A DNA stretch of 63,893 bases, filler included, from Acetivibrio sp. (GCF_035371925.1; 6 parts of 6 records of this genome joined end to end with filler, not necessarily neighbours in it), one strand, 5' to 3'. Counted from the whole stretch's first letter, positions 20,691-30,929 are shown. The notes: generated by a model from the letters alone, not told the origin. Translations and numbers: made by a program.

Positions 20691-21284
20691 TCAACTTTTG
20701 GTTTTTAATGTGCCTTCACGCTCGTATCTCACAATAATAACGCCTTTCGGAGTGACATTGCTTTCTGTAACCTTGAATGCTGCCGGAATCGTGCCATCAG
20801 CAAATAATCGCTTGCCACAGCCTAGCGTTATCGGGTATATCATCAGCCAAAATACATCGACCAAGTCATGCATGAGAAGTGTTTGAATAAGATTGCCACT
20901 TCCCCACACATGCAAATCCGGCCCTTGCTGTTGCTTAATCTGGGTTACTTTTTCCGCAATATCTCCACTTAAAAACACGGACGGCTGCCAATCACCAGAT
21001 GTTATTGTGTTGGAGGCGACGTATTTGGTTGCCTTGTTGACCTCAGGCCATGCATCTCCATGTTGTGACCAGTATGGCGCCCAAATTTCAAAGGTTTTGC
21101 GTCCTAACAACAGATCGAATTTCATGCTCATCTGCTTTCTCAGGAGCGTTCCAAGGGTCTCATCAGAATATGGCGCAATCCACCCGCCATACGTAAAGCC
21201 TTCGCCGGTATCTTCGTCTGACCTGCCTGGCCCTTGTATGACACCATCAAGGGTGAAATGTTCAAGCACAATAACTTTTCTCAT
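20691..21284 (-). CDS. DHFR-like RibD C-terminal family protein
   Basis: [40 protein letters not shown]. Confidence 0.85.
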   Translation of the reverse strand: MRKVIVLEHFTLDGVIQGPGRSDEDTGEGFTYGGWIAPYSDETLGTLLRKQMSMKFDLLLGRKTFEIWAPYWSQHGDAWPEVNKATKYVASNTITSGDWQPSVFLSGDIAEKVTQIKQQQGPDLHVWGSGNLIQTLLMHDLVDVFWLMIYPITLGCGKRLFADGTIPAAFKVTESNVTPKGVIIVRYEREGTLKTKS

Positions 21285-21596
21285 GATTGATTCCTCCAGT
21301 TTGCGAATTATAAATTGACTGACTTGTTCACAAATTAATATACTAACAATGCAAATTTGCTCTATAGTTTCAAATGTTCTTTAAATAAAGTCATTGTAAT
21401 TTCTTAAATGCTCTTTGATGCGCACTTTGATATTATCACTTTAATTCTAAAGTGGATTCCAATATTTTTCAACTAAGAATACTATAATTTCACAAATATA
21501 AAATTTGCCTCAATTGCTAAACCGCTAACAATAAAGAAAAAGGTTTCCTGACACCTTCTCATCCCTTTTTCGTTCTACTTATCTTTTGACCTTTGA

Positions 21597-21696
21597 NNNN
21601 NNNNNNNNNNNNNNNNNNNNNNNNNNNNNNNNNNNNNNNNTTAATTAATTAANNNNNNNNNNNNNNNNNNNNNNNNNNNNNNNNNNNNNNNNNNNN
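21597..21696. other. Artificial contig-joining linker
   Basis: N44-TTAATTAATTAA-N44. Confidence 0.97.
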
Positions 21697-21722
21697 CAAA
21701 TTGAACAAACAAACTTCTTCAT
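21697..21722 (-). CDS. 5' stub of a rubredoxin/rubrerythrin-like gene cut by the contig end
   Basis: GGAGGTAG RBS followed by MKKFVCSI(C). Confidence 0.4.
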
Positions 21723-21766
21723 GAATTACTACCTCCATAAAATTAAACAATAATTTTAATAATAAA

Positions 21767-21784
21767 TACCAAAGTACTTTGGTA
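21767..21784. promoter_or_regulatory. Perfect 18-bp palindrome, candidate operator
   Basis: TACCAAAGTACTTTGGTA, ~45 bp upstream of the MKKFVCSI start. Confidence 0.45.
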
Positions 21785-21927
21785 GCGCTATTAACACTTT
21801 ATAATATATACCCTCGTAATTGGACACTAAACAAAAATTAATTGATTGTATAATTAATTGATTATATATTAGCCAAGTTGTTGTATTCCATTGATTTATG
21901 TGATATTATTAAAGACAAAATTAATAT

Positions 21928-22056
21928 ATTGCATAGGGGTGCTGGTGTATGCCGGCTGAGAGAAGGGAGTTTCCCTCAACCCTTAACCTGATCTGGGTAA
22001 TGCCAGCGTAGGGAATGAGTAGATTTGTATCAAACCGCCTATGTTGGGCGGTTTTT
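21928..22056 (+). ncRNA. TPP riboswitch with expression-platform terminator
   Basis: GGGGTGC...CTGAGA...ACCCTTAACCTGATCTGGGTAATGCCAGCGTAGGGAA, then the hairpin AAACCGCC...GGCGGTTTTT (22032-56). Confidence 0.92.
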
Positions 22057-22100
22057 ACCGTTGTATGGATATTAAGTTTTTCGGAAAGGAGGGTATTAAT

Positions 22101-22388
22101 ATGGCATCTGTTAACGTATCACTGCAGGTTATACCATGTGTACCCGAAAATCAGGTTTATTCTGTTGTAGACAAGGTTATTGATTTGATAGCCAAAAGCG
22201 GTGTCAAATATGAAGTAGGTCCGATGGAAACTACCATGGAAGGCGAACTGGACACCCTTTTGGAAATTGTCAAAAAGGCGCAGGATATATGTGTTTCGGA
22301 AGGTGCAAGCAGAGTTTTGTCCATGGTTAAAATAGATTACAAAAAGGAAGGCGTGACAATGGATGAAAAGATTTCGAAATATCGGTAA
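22101..22388 (+). CDS. Thiamine-binding protein (YkoF/DUF77 family)
   Basis: SLQVIP...SGVKYEVGPMETTMEG; RBS GGAGGG; first gene after the TPP riboswitch. Confidence 0.85.
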   Translation: MASVNVSLQVIPCVPENQVYSVVDKVIDLIAKSGVKYEVGPMETTMEGELDTLLEIVKKAQDICVSEGASRVLSMVKIDYKKEGVTMDEKISKYR

Positions 22389-23124
22389 TCCCATTTATTC
22401 ATCCATTGCTGTTGCTGTTTTTATTGTTGTATGGGAAATATTCACAAGAGCGAAAAATATAAAAGAATACATACTGCCGGCCCCCTCTGCCATCTTAAAT
22501 GAATTTATAAAGTCCGGAGATTTGCTGCTTCACCATTCAATGGTGACTATTACAGAAACCGTATTGGGCTTTATACTGGGTTTGGTGTTTGCGATACTGC
22601 TCTCACTGCTTATGAGCAGCTTCAAAGTGTTTCGCAGCATATTTTACCCTTTTATGGTTTTGTCCCAGACCATACCCATAATTGTTATTGCACCTTTGAT
22701 TACGGTTTGGTTTGGAATCGGCCTTTTACCGAAAATGATTGTCTGCGTCCTTGTGGTATTTTTCCCTATAGCTCTAAACCTCACAGAAGGACTAAGCTCT
22801 TATGACAAGGATCTTGAGGAGCTATTGATGTGCATGAATGCCAGCAAGCTTCAGATATTTATGAAACTAAAGCTTCCGTCGGCATTGGTTCACTTTTTCT
22901 CCGGGTTAAAAATTGCAGCAGCTTACGCCGTTATGGGAGCAATTATGTCGGAATGGACCGGAGCCGAAAGCGGACTTGGCATTTTCCTGACAAGGTCCAT
23001 GAAATCCTTTAAAACTGCTGCAATGTTCGCAGACATTGCAATTATTTCAATCTTCAGTATTTTACTGTTTATATTGATAAGCTTTATTGAAAAAAGATTT
23101 ATCAAATGGAATGTGAAAGGATGA
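22363..23124 (+). CDS. ABC permease (ThiX/SsuC-like)
   Basis: YILPAPS, QTIPIIVIAPL, LKLPSALVHFFSGLK. Confidence 0.85.
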   Translation: MKRFRNIGNPIYSSIAVAVFIVVWEIFTRAKNIKEYILPAPSAILNEFIKSGDLLLHHSMVTITETVLGFILGLVFAILLSLLMSSFKVFRSIFYPFMVLSQTIPIIVIAPLITVWFGIGLLPKMIVCVLVVFFPIALNLTEGLSSYDKDLEELLMCMNASKLQIFMKLKLPSALVHFFSGLKIAAAYAVMGAIMSEWTGAESGLGIFLTRSMKSFKTAAMFADIAIISIFSILLFILISFIEKRFIKWNVKG

Positions 23125-23130
23125 GCGTTA

Positions 23131-24159
23131 TTGAAAAGAAAAAATATTTTTACAGCAATATGTCTGATGATCATATTTGCCTTTGCCGCCACAAGCTGCG
23201 GCGTTCAGAACAATCCGTCGCCATCTTCGGATGAAACTTCTTCCGAAGACGGAAATCATAAGGTCACTTTTGTTCTTGACTGGGTTCCCAACACAAACCA
23301 CACAGGAATCTATGTCGCAAAAGTTAAAGGATATTTTACCGAAGAAGGACTGGATGTCGACATAATCCAACCCGGTGAGTCATCTGCCGACCAGTTGGTG
23401 GCCTCCAACACTGCACAGTTTGGAATCAGCTATCAGGAAGGCGTTACCTTTGCCCGTTCCTCCGGAGCACCTTTGGTATCATTGGCGGCGGTTATACAAC
23501 ACAACACTTCCGGCTTTGGCTCGCTTAAAGACAAGCAAATCCTTTCCCCAAAGGATTTTGAAGGCAAAAAATACGGAGGATGGGGCTCAGAGGTTGAAGA
23601 GGCCATGGTAAAGCAAGTCGTTAAAGATTCCGGCGGAAACCCGGACAAGGTGCAAATCGTTACCACCGGCACAGCAGACTTTCTTCAGGCAAGTGAGACC
23701 GGCCAAATTGATTTTGCCTGGATTTTTGAAGGCTGGGATTTTATCAATGTTGCCAACAAAGGGGTTGAACTAAATTATATTCCTTTAAGAGAGCTTTCCG
23801 ATGTATTTGACTACTATACCCCTGTAATTGTTACAAATGAGGATAATATCAATAATAATCCCGAGCTTGTGAAAAAATTCATGAAAGCTGCGGAAAAAGG
23901 CTATAAATTCGCCATGGAAAACCCTGATGAAGCTGCAGAATGCCTGCTTCAATTGGCTCCGGAGCTTGACCGCGAGCTGGTCATAAAAAGCCAAAGGTTT
24001 TTAGCCTCAAAGTATCAGGATGATGCTCCCTATTGGGGAATGCAGAAAAAGGAAGTCTGGGAAAGATATATGAACTGGCTTTATGAAAACAAATTTATAA
24101 ATGCTCCGATAGATGTGGAAAAAGCCTTTACAAATGATTTTCTGCAAAATGATAAATAA
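23131..24159 (+). CDS. NMT1/THI5-like (ThiY) substrate-binding lipoprotein
   Basis: Lipobox ATSC; LDWVPNTNHTGIYVAK; DYYTPVIV. Confidence 0.88.
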   Translation: MKRKNIFTAICLMIIFAFAATSCGVQNNPSPSSDETSSEDGNHKVTFVLDWVPNTNHTGIYVAKVKGYFTEEGLDVDIIQPGESSADQLVASNTAQFGISYQEGVTFARSSGAPLVSLAAVIQHNTSGFGSLKDKQILSPKDFEGKKYGGWGSEVEEAMVKQVVKDSGGNPDKVQIVTTGTADFLQASETGQIDFAWIFEGWDFINVANKGVELNYIPLRELSDVFDYYTPVIVTNEDNINNNPELVKKFMKAAEKGYKFAMENPDEAAECLLQLAPELDRELVIKSQRFLASKYQDDAPYWGMQKKEVWERYMNWLYENKFINAPIDVEKAFTNDFLQNDK

Positions 24160-24195
24160 ACTTATATATAATTTTATATATTTTCAAGGTGGAAA

Positions 24196-24948
24196 ATGAG
24201 CGTTAAGATAAAGATTGAAAATTTGAGCAAAACTTTTAAAGTGAATAAAAAACCCCTTGAGGTTTTAAACAATATAAATATTGAGGTTTATGAAAACCAG
24301 TTTGTTTCCCTAATAGGGCCCAGCGGTTGCGGAAAAAGCACTATTTTCCGGATTCTAGCCGGCCTTGAAGAGGACTTTTCGGGAAACATAACGGTAAACG
24401 GAGAAAGCATAAAAGCTTCCTCCTTCCAATTCGGTTATATGCCTCAAAAGGACCTCTTAATGCCTTGGCGCACTGTATACAAAAACATCATTCTTCCCCT
24501 TGAAATAAACGGCAAAAAGGACAGTTCCAAAAAAGTTGAAGTTGAAAACCTCATAAAAGAATTTGGACTTCAAGGCTTTGAAAACTTTTATCCGGGGGAA
24601 ATATCCGGCGGAATGAAGCAAAGAGCAGGAATTCTTCGCACCTTTTTAATGGAGAGTGACACGATGCTTCTTGATGAGCCTTTCGGGGCACTTGATGCAA
24701 TAACCCGGATAAAAATGCAGGAATGGTTGCTGAAAGTCTTGATTGAGCACAAAAAGACCGTTCTTTTTATAACCCATGATATTGAGGAGGCAATTTTTCT
24801 ATCGGATAGGGTATATGTCCTATCCGATAGACCTGCCCGTGTTATAAAAACTCTGGATATAGGATTTCCCCGTCCACGAAACAGAGAAATGCTTTCATCC
24901 GGCGAATTTCTCGAATACAAGGAAATTCTTTTAAAAGCCCTTCTCTAA
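24196..24948 (+). CDS. ABC ATP-binding protein (ThiZ-like)
   Basis: GPSGCGKS, ISGGMKQR, LLDEPFGALD. Confidence 0.9.
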   Translation: MSVKIKIENLSKTFKVNKKPLEVLNNINIEVYENQFVSLIGPSGCGKSTIFRILAGLEEDFSGNITVNGESIKASSFQFGYMPQKDLLMPWRTVYKNIILPLEINGKKDSSKKVEVENLIKEFGLQGFENFYPGEISGGMKQRAGILRTFLMESDTMLLDEPFGALDAITRIKMQEWLLKVLIEHKKTVLFITHDIEEAIFLSDRVYVLSDRPARVIKTLDIGFPRPRNREMLSSGEFLEYKEILLKALL

Positions 24949-24959
24949 TCCAAACATTT

Positions 24960-27242
24960 TTATGGAATCCTGTAAGTAGTTTGTAATGTTCCGCTACCGC
25001 GATTCAGATTTAAAGTATAGTCATATTTTCCTTTTCCAGGTACCGTCACAGTTACCTTGTATGTTCCGTAAAATCCTCTAAAACCCAAGCTGCCGTAGCC
25101 ATCTGTTCTTCCATAGGCCTTGGTGGTCCATTCGTTCATCAAAGACTCAAATCTTCTTCCGGCTTCATTCAATGTCCAGTTATCATTTACTATTGCCGCA
25201 TCTCTTCCTCTCCAATGCACTCTTTCCCAGAAGCCCCACATTATAATTCCCTCAACGGAAGAATGGCTGAATGCCGTACGATAGAGGTTTTCCAAGTTGT
25301 CCGCCCTTCTATATTCATCCCATGTAACCGAATCATATTCGGTAATCCATATCGGAATATTCAAAGTAGACAGTCTGTCAAGTATTTGATTTAGAAGATT
25401 ACGGTCCACCGTATCACCGAAATGCCCGTGAACTCCTATACCGTCAATACGAACTCCCTGCGACCTAAGCCAGTTTACCTGGGATATGCAAATCTCTGCT
25501 TCCTGCAAAGTAGTTATATTGTTGTTTACAAAATACTTTGCATTCGGGTCGATTTCTCTTGCTTTATTGAACATATAAGGCCAGATGGACTCACCCAGTC
25601 GACTCTTGAAGAAGTTACCGCGAATCATTTCGTTGTTTACATCCCAATGGGCGAATTTGCCTTTAAAATGACCTACAGCACTGTTTAGGCGGCTGTCCAC
25701 AGCCATACGCAGAGCAAACGGGTCTAAGCCCCTTACCCATGAAGGCTGCCAGTCTTCAGTCTCCCAGAAAATACAGTGACCCCTCACTTTTATTCCGTTG
25801 CTTCGGCAGAACTCATACAAATAATCCGCATCGTTGTAGTTTATCATTCCCATGTTAGGTTCATTCGAATACCACTTGGACTCATTTTCAAACACAGCCC
25901 AATTGAAATGATCTTTTATAAACTTTGTATAATTCGGATCATACATTGCATCTCTTCTAATGGCTGTGCCAAATCCAAAGTCATGGCTGGTGAGAACTGC
26001 CTCCACATAAGCTCCCTCTATCGGCTTGTTGTTGGAGTCCACAACCTTTATCTGTACATTCCTCTTTCGAATTTCATTTATCCTCTCATTGGACTTGTCA
26101 ATCCATTGGATTCCGGTTGAAGGTATTACCGATGTAGGTGTAGCCTTTGATGTCGGTGTAGCCTTCGGTGTCGGAGTTCCTTTGCTGTTCACCGCCGATT
26201 TTGTTGGAGCAAGTGATGCCGGCTGGCGCGGCGAAGACTGTCCCGGTGACAGTTTTGCCGATATGTCGGCAGTCTTTCCCGGTGTACCGGTTTCAGGCAA
26301 AGCAGGCGTACTTGCAGCCGGACCGGTCTCAGTGGCAATTTCCGTTGCACCTGGCACCGATGAGGCCGGCAAAGTCTCGGTCACTTCAGGCACAGCACTT
26401 TCTGCAGGTGCAGTACTTATTATATCCGCCTTATCTCCATCTTCAACTGCAACATCTTCCGTAATATTCTCGTCATCAATACCAATCTTGGCGATAAGTT
26501 CCGACAAATCAGCTTCCTTGATTTGCTCAATGGTTAAATCCACATTCTGTTCTATTGCCTTTAAATATACAGCATATCTCCCCATGGAAATATCTTCCTC
26601 TGAAGATGCTTCCCTTTCCTCCATGGTAAGCTTTAAAACCTTGGCTGTAATACCGCTGTTTTTCAGGTCAAGGACTATCTTGTTCACATCATTTAAAAGG
26701 TTTGCGACTCTATCTTCAATGTCCTTATCCTCCGAGCCTGATTCGGCTTTTGAGCCGCAGGCTGCAGATATTAGGACTATGTTTTCTTTTTCGTCTGAAA
26801 TAAATCCATGCTCCTTGCTTTTTTGCACAACATCATCAAGAGCTTCCGCAACCGTCTTTCCTTTTAATTCAAGCTCATTTAGCACTGTCTCGGCATCCCT
26901 ATTCAATGCCTTGGCCTCAGCTATTCTATTATTATAATTTATAGAAAGCTCAATACTTGGGTTTATGTCAATACCAACATATGCATATATATCTTTTCTT
27001 GCTGTATTGCCGTTAATAAACATCAGAACAAAAGACAATACAATCGCAAAACACGCAGCAACAGCCGCAACCGGCAAATATCTGCGCAGCTCGCGTTTTG
27101 GCTCAATTATATCCGACTCAAGAACCTTCACTTTTACTCCTATCGCCATCTCAGGAGTCTTCTCCACATTTAAGAAAGCAAAGTCATCAGTCATTACAAT
27201 GGCTGTTTTTTCGTCCATATCAATTACTTTTCCTATAATCAC
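24960..27242 (-). CDS. rsgI6: Anti-sigma-I factor with a C-terminal GH10 sensor domain (RsgI6)
   Basis: RsgI N-terminal domain, TM helix, YVGIDINPSIEL, Pro/Thr linker, GH10 with WDVNNE and IWITEYD catalytic glutamates; 760 aa. Confidence 0.88.
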   Translation of the reverse strand: MIIGKVIDMDEKTAIVMTDDFAFLNVEKTPEMAIGVKVKVLESDIIEPKRELRRYLPVAAVAACFAIVLSFVLMFINGNTARKDIYAYVGIDINPSIELSINYNNRIAEAKALNRDAETVLNELELKGKTVAEALDDVVQKSKEHGFISDEKENIVLISAACGSKAESGSEDKDIEDRVANLLNDVNKIVLDLKNSGITAKVLKLTMEEREASSEEDISMGRYAVYLKAIEQNVDLTIEQIKEADLSELIAKIGIDDENITEDVAVEDGDKADIISTAPAESAVPEVTETLPASSVPGATEIATETGPAASTPALPETGTPGKTADISAKLSPGQSSPRQPASLAPTKSAVNSKGTPTPKATPTSKATPTSVIPSTGIQWIDKSNERINEIRKRNVQIKVVDSNNKPIEGAYVEAVLTSHDFGFGTAIRRDAMYDPNYTKFIKDHFNWAVFENESKWYSNEPNMGMINYNDADYLYEFCRSNGIKVRGHCIFWETEDWQPSWVRGLDPFALRMAVDSRLNSAVGHFKGKFAHWDVNNEMIRGNFFKSRLGESIWPYMFNKAREIDPNAKYFVNNNITTLQEAEICISQVNWLRSQGVRIDGIGVHGHFGDTVDRNLLNQILDRLSTLNIPIWITEYDSVTWDEYRRADNLENLYRTAFSHSSVEGIIMWGFWERVHWRGRDAAIVNDNWTLNEAGRRFESLMNEWTTKAYGRTDGYGSLGFRGFYGTYKVTVTVPGKGKYDYTLNLNRGSGTLQTTYRIP

Positions 27243-28000
27243 CGCAAATCCACCTCCTTCTCCTTGCCGCTCGCAGCGTACTCCCTAAAGATTTCGAGGT
27301 TGCTTCTTAATATTAAGCTTACTGCAATTATATATTTTTTGTTTCTTTCTATGGTTCTCCTACTAACTTTTACCACCTTTAAAAGCTCCAATGTAGGCAG
27401 CTTTTTGGTTCTTTTAAGCTTTTCATACAGCCCGTCATTGGTTGCAACTTTTCTGGCAATATTTATCAAAAGCTCTCTCGAATCTCTGTGTTTTGGAGTA
27501 CAAGACAATAAATCTTTAAAGGATATGTCGAATGAAGCCAGTTCAGACTTGAAAAGTCTAATCTCGTCCGAAAACTCCAATCTTTCAATTGCTTTCGTGC
27601 CGTCAGCATCCGAAAGGGTTCTTTCAAGCTTTATATCTTCATTCTCAAAATAAGAAAAGGGATAAACCATTTTGTTTTTATGATTCTTTCTTTTATAGTC
27701 AATAAGCCTTCTATTGACAACCTGTTCCGAAAAAACCAGGAAGTTGGGATGTTTATCTTCATCATAGGCATTGATAGCTTCATTGAAGGCCAATAAAGCA
27801 ACGCTGTACTCTTCGCTGTTTTCCGGCTCAATATGCTTGTCAGTTGCCTTGTATACCAATTTTAGTATAAACGGCTTAAACCTCAGGATAAACTCTTCTC
27901 TTGCAGAATTATCCCCGGCTTTTATTTTATTCAGATACTCTATAACAATCTTTTTTGTGTGCTCCCTGTCGTCATTCGTGCTCTGAAAATGCCAACCCAC
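27239..28000 (-). CDS. sigI6: Alternative sigma factor SigI6
   Basis: EEYSVALLAFNEAINAY...RRLIDY...SRRTIERNKKYII; overlaps the rsgI6 start. Confidence 0.88.
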   Translation of the reverse strand: MGWHFQSTNDDREHTKKIVIEYLNKIKAGDNSAREEFILRFKPFILKLVYKATDKHIEPENSEEYSVALLAFNEAINAYDEDKHPNFLVFSEQVVNRRLIDYKRKNHKNKMVYPFSYFENEDIKLERTLSDADGTKAIERLEFSDEIRLFKSELASFDISFKDLLSCTPKHRDSRELLINIARKVATNDGLYEKLKRTKKLPTLELLKVVKVSRRTIERNKKYIIAVSLILRSNLEIFREYAASGKEKEVDLR

Positions 28001-28029
28001 TGGTTAATTTCACCCCTTATCCTATATGC

Positions 28030-28057
28030 ATTCGTAGACTGGAATAGCTTTATGTCG
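28030..28057 (-). promoter_or_regulatory. SigI6-type autoregulatory promoter
   Basis: Minus strand CGACATAAA, 14-nt spacer, CGAAT; fits the CnnAAA / CGAA sigma-I pattern. Confidence 0.7.
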
Positions 28058-28152
28058 TATTGTCAGCGCTCAGAGGATATTGAATCGTTTGATTTTACAT
28101 ATCGTCTTGTGATGTTTGTACAGTGAATTGAGTGTGTGATACAGAATACTTT

Positions 28153-29073
28153 TTACAATTGCAAAAACAATTCCCACAATGCCCTATGATTCTTTATTAA
28201 CGCAATTCCCGCAGCAAAGCTTAAAATATTGGCCGTCAATGCAAACAGTACCCTTCTGAGTTTGGAATGCTGCTCCAAGAAGTTTGCATATAGGTAAATT
28301 TCGACTGCAAATATTATCAATTCAAGAAGCAAATACACCAAAAGCGCCTCCACCCTTCCCCTGCTGTACATTACGGCAGATAAAAGAAGGCTGAGAAAAG
28401 CCTGAGTAAATACATTAATCGCCAAGAAAGGCTTATAGTTGCTCTTTATGCCAAACCGAAACATTAATAGCACAAGGCCCTCAACAACCAATGCTTTTAA
28501 ACAGTTGCAAAAAAATAAAATCCAGAAGGATAAAGCCATGGGAAGCTCCGTAGCTTCCTCTGTCATAAAATCAAAGAATATAATACTGTCAAACGCTTTC
28601 CTTTCTATCACATTAGAAACAACAGTCGAGCCATCGGCAGTTACCACTATGATTTTGAATTTGTCAATCTCCATTGTAGATGTGAAATCCACAACACACT
28701 TGCCGTCTTTCACATCACATACAATGTCACCAAGTATAGTTCCGACTTGGCTAACTGCCACAGCACGCCAACCGTCATCATTATAGTTTTTTAATGTCCT
28801 TATCATTCTCTGATTGTATTTTTCACTGTTATCAAAATCATAATATACGATCGAACAGTTATCATACCCGCGAATCTTTTTACCTTCACTTTTGAAGGAA
28901 TAGTTTCTTAGTATGTCAATATAGCAAACATCCTGAGGCATATTCTTTGCGACAATATGTAAAGAAGCCCCTGAGTCGAAAAATGCCGAAGCAGTTAAAG
29001 GCAAAAACAGTATTAACAATACAATTATAAATAACTTTGCATATAAAAACTTTGCTATAGCATTTCCGCACAC
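28153..29073 (-). CDS. Membrane protein of unknown function, paralog 1
   Basis: Signal/TM helix, ~150-aa exported domain, four C-terminal TM helices; clearly similar to 29810-30691. Confidence 0.7.
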   Translation of the reverse strand: MCGNAIAKFLYAKLFIIVLLILFLPLTASAFFDSGASLHIVAKNMPQDVCYIDILRNYSFKSEGKKIRGYDNCSIVYYDFDNSEKYNQRMIRTLKNYNDDGWRAVAVSQVGTILGDIVCDVKDGKCVVDFTSTMEIDKFKIIVVTADGSTVVSNVIERKAFDSIIFFDFMTEEATELPMALSFWILFFCNCLKALVVEGLVLLMFRFGIKSNYKPFLAINVFTQAFLSLLLSAVMYSRGRVEALLVYLLLELIIFAVEIYLYANFLEQHSKLRRVLFALTANILSFAAGIALIKNHRALWELFLQL

Positions 29074-29227
29074 AATTACGCTCCCTCCTATAATATTCTA
29101 CCATAAAAGAGCAAAGATGCATATAATTTATTCGGCCATCGCTTGCCCATTGTTATAAATTCAATATAATTTAAAATTATTTGAACCTTTTTAAAATAAA
29201 GATAATCTAAATATATGAAACCGAAAA

Positions 29228-29821
29228 TTGCAAAGGTATGTGGATATGAGTAATGAAGTTGTGAAGTTTTTAGAAAACAGCAGCAAAAATAATTTTAAAG
29301 ATATATATAACACATTCAAAAGAAAAGTATATTCTAAAGCCATGATTTTATTAAAAAATGAAGCTCAGGCCGAAGATGTCGTACAAGAAGTTTTTATTAA
29401 AGTTTTTTACAAGCTCAACACCTTAAGGAATCCTGAAAAGTTTGAACCATGACTCAATAATGTTATTTTAAATTCGTACATGAAGTATATTAAGGAAAAT
29501 AGTAAAAAGTGGAATACATATAATGAAAAACTGGTTGGAGAAATTCTTGATAATGATGATTTTACTGAAATTAAGCATTTGAGAAAAGAACTTTATATGG
29601 AATTATCGCAAGCTATTAACGAGTTACCCGAACACTACAGAATTCCAATTATACTTTTCCACTATTATGATATTAAAATCAAAGATATTTCTAAAAAAAT
29701 GGGCTGCTCTATTGGCACTATAAAGCCTCGGCTGTTTAATGCCAAAAATATTTTAAAAGAAAAAATCTCATACTCTATAACAATCTTTTTGTGTGCTCCA
29801 GAATACTTTTTACAATCGTAA
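29228..29821 (+). pseudogene. ECF sigma-70 factor with an in-frame nonsense codon
   Basis: AEDVVQEVFIKV...FEP*L (TGA at 29450-52 where W is expected); the same frame continues to LPEHYRIPIIL...SIGTIKPRLFNAK. Confidence 0.75.
29770..29799. repeat. 30-bp copy of the sigI6 5' coding sequence (27935-27965)
   Basis: ATACTCTATAACAATCTTTTTGTGTGCTCC, identical except T5 versus T6. Confidence 0.8.
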
Positions 29822-30691
29822 AAATAATTCCCACAGTGCCCGATTCATCATCAATGCAATTCCTATAGCGAAGCTCACAATATTGGCTGTCAAGGCAAAT
29901 AGTACCCGTCTTACTCTGGAATGCTGCTGTAAAAATTTCATAAACAAGTATGCTTCTATTATCAATATAATTAATTCAAAAGGCCAATACACCAAAAACG
30001 CCGCCATTATCCCTTTCCTATACATCATTGTAAATATTACAAGAGTAAGCAAAATTTGAGTAAATACATTAATCGCAACAAATGGCTTGCAGTTACGTTT
30101 TAAGCTAAATCTAAACAGCAATAGTATAAGTCCTTCAATAATCAATGTTCCTGAGCAGGTAAAAATAAATTGAAGAAAGTAGGAAGAGATTGCAGAACGT
30201 TCTGCTGCTTTTCCTGTCATAAAATCGAAGTTTACGGTACTACTAAACGCTTTCCTTTTTACCACGTTGGAAACGACAGTCCTGCCATCGGCGGTTACAA
30301 CTATGATTTTAAATCTGTCAGGTATCCCTACATATGTAAAATCCATAGTGCATTTTCCGTCTTTAACATCACATATAATATCACCAAACATAGGTGTTTC
30401 CGTACCGGTAACCATCGCAGGCCGCCAACCGTCAACATTGTATTTTTTCAATACCTCCAGCATCTTCGGATCATATTTTGACTCGTCTGAAATGTTTCGG
30501 CGACCATGTTTCAGCGTATAATTTACAAGCAAATCAAGATAGCAAACTCCATCAGGCATATTTTCAGCAATAATATGCAAAGAAGGCTTTGGCCCCAAAT
30601 CTGCCGAAGCTGTTAAAGGTAAAAATATGACAAACAATGCAATTATCAATAACTGTACATATAAATACCTTGATATAGTATTTCTGCTCAC
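29810..30691 (-). CDS. Membrane protein of unknown function, paralog 2
   Basis: GTG start after GAGGGGGAG; DLGPKPSLHI...DGWRPA...PDRFKIIVVT...; same layout as paralog 1. Confidence 0.72.
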   Translation of the reverse strand: MSRNTISRYLYVQLLIIALFVIFLPLTASADLGPKPSLHIIAENMPDGVCYLDLLVNYTLKHGRRNISDESKYDPKMLEVLKKYNVDGWRPAMVTGTETPMFGDIICDVKDGKCTMDFTYVGIPDRFKIIVVTADGRTVVSNVVKRKAFSSTVNFDFMTGKAAERSAISSYFLQFIFTCSGTLIIEGLILLLFRFSLKRNCKPFVAINVFTQILLTLVIFTMMYRKGIMAAFLVYWPFELIILIIEAYLFMKFLQQHSRVRRVLFALTANIVSFAIGIALMMNRALWELFLRL

Positions 30692-30929
30692 GAACTCTCC
30701 CCCTCTATAATATTTTACCATATAAAAGCAAAACCGCATATCACTTATTAAATCATTGCATTCGCCTTTGCTTTTTCTGTTTTGTTTTCTGATATGATCT
30801 TGGAATTTTCCAAAATTAAAGGAGAACCCTCGTCTGAAAAAATAGCCATTTTGATTGGAGAAGGCTATATTGCTTATGAAAAAAGAGAATTTGCCGAAAC
30901 GGATGCACTAAATTTAGTACATCTTGATA

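Noticed and set aside
20691..21284. Trimethoprim-resistance dfr gene next to erm
   Set aside because: The motifs match the widespread RibD C-terminal DHFR-like family, not Dfr enzymes.
26026..26937. 303-aa plus-strand ORF
   Set aside because: Antisense to the low-complexity Pro/Thr/Ala linker of rsgI6.
29100..30790. Sigma-I promoters (CGAAT) upstream of the two paralogous membrane genes
   Set aside because: The -35 A-tract and spacing do not fit well; chance occurrence is likely.
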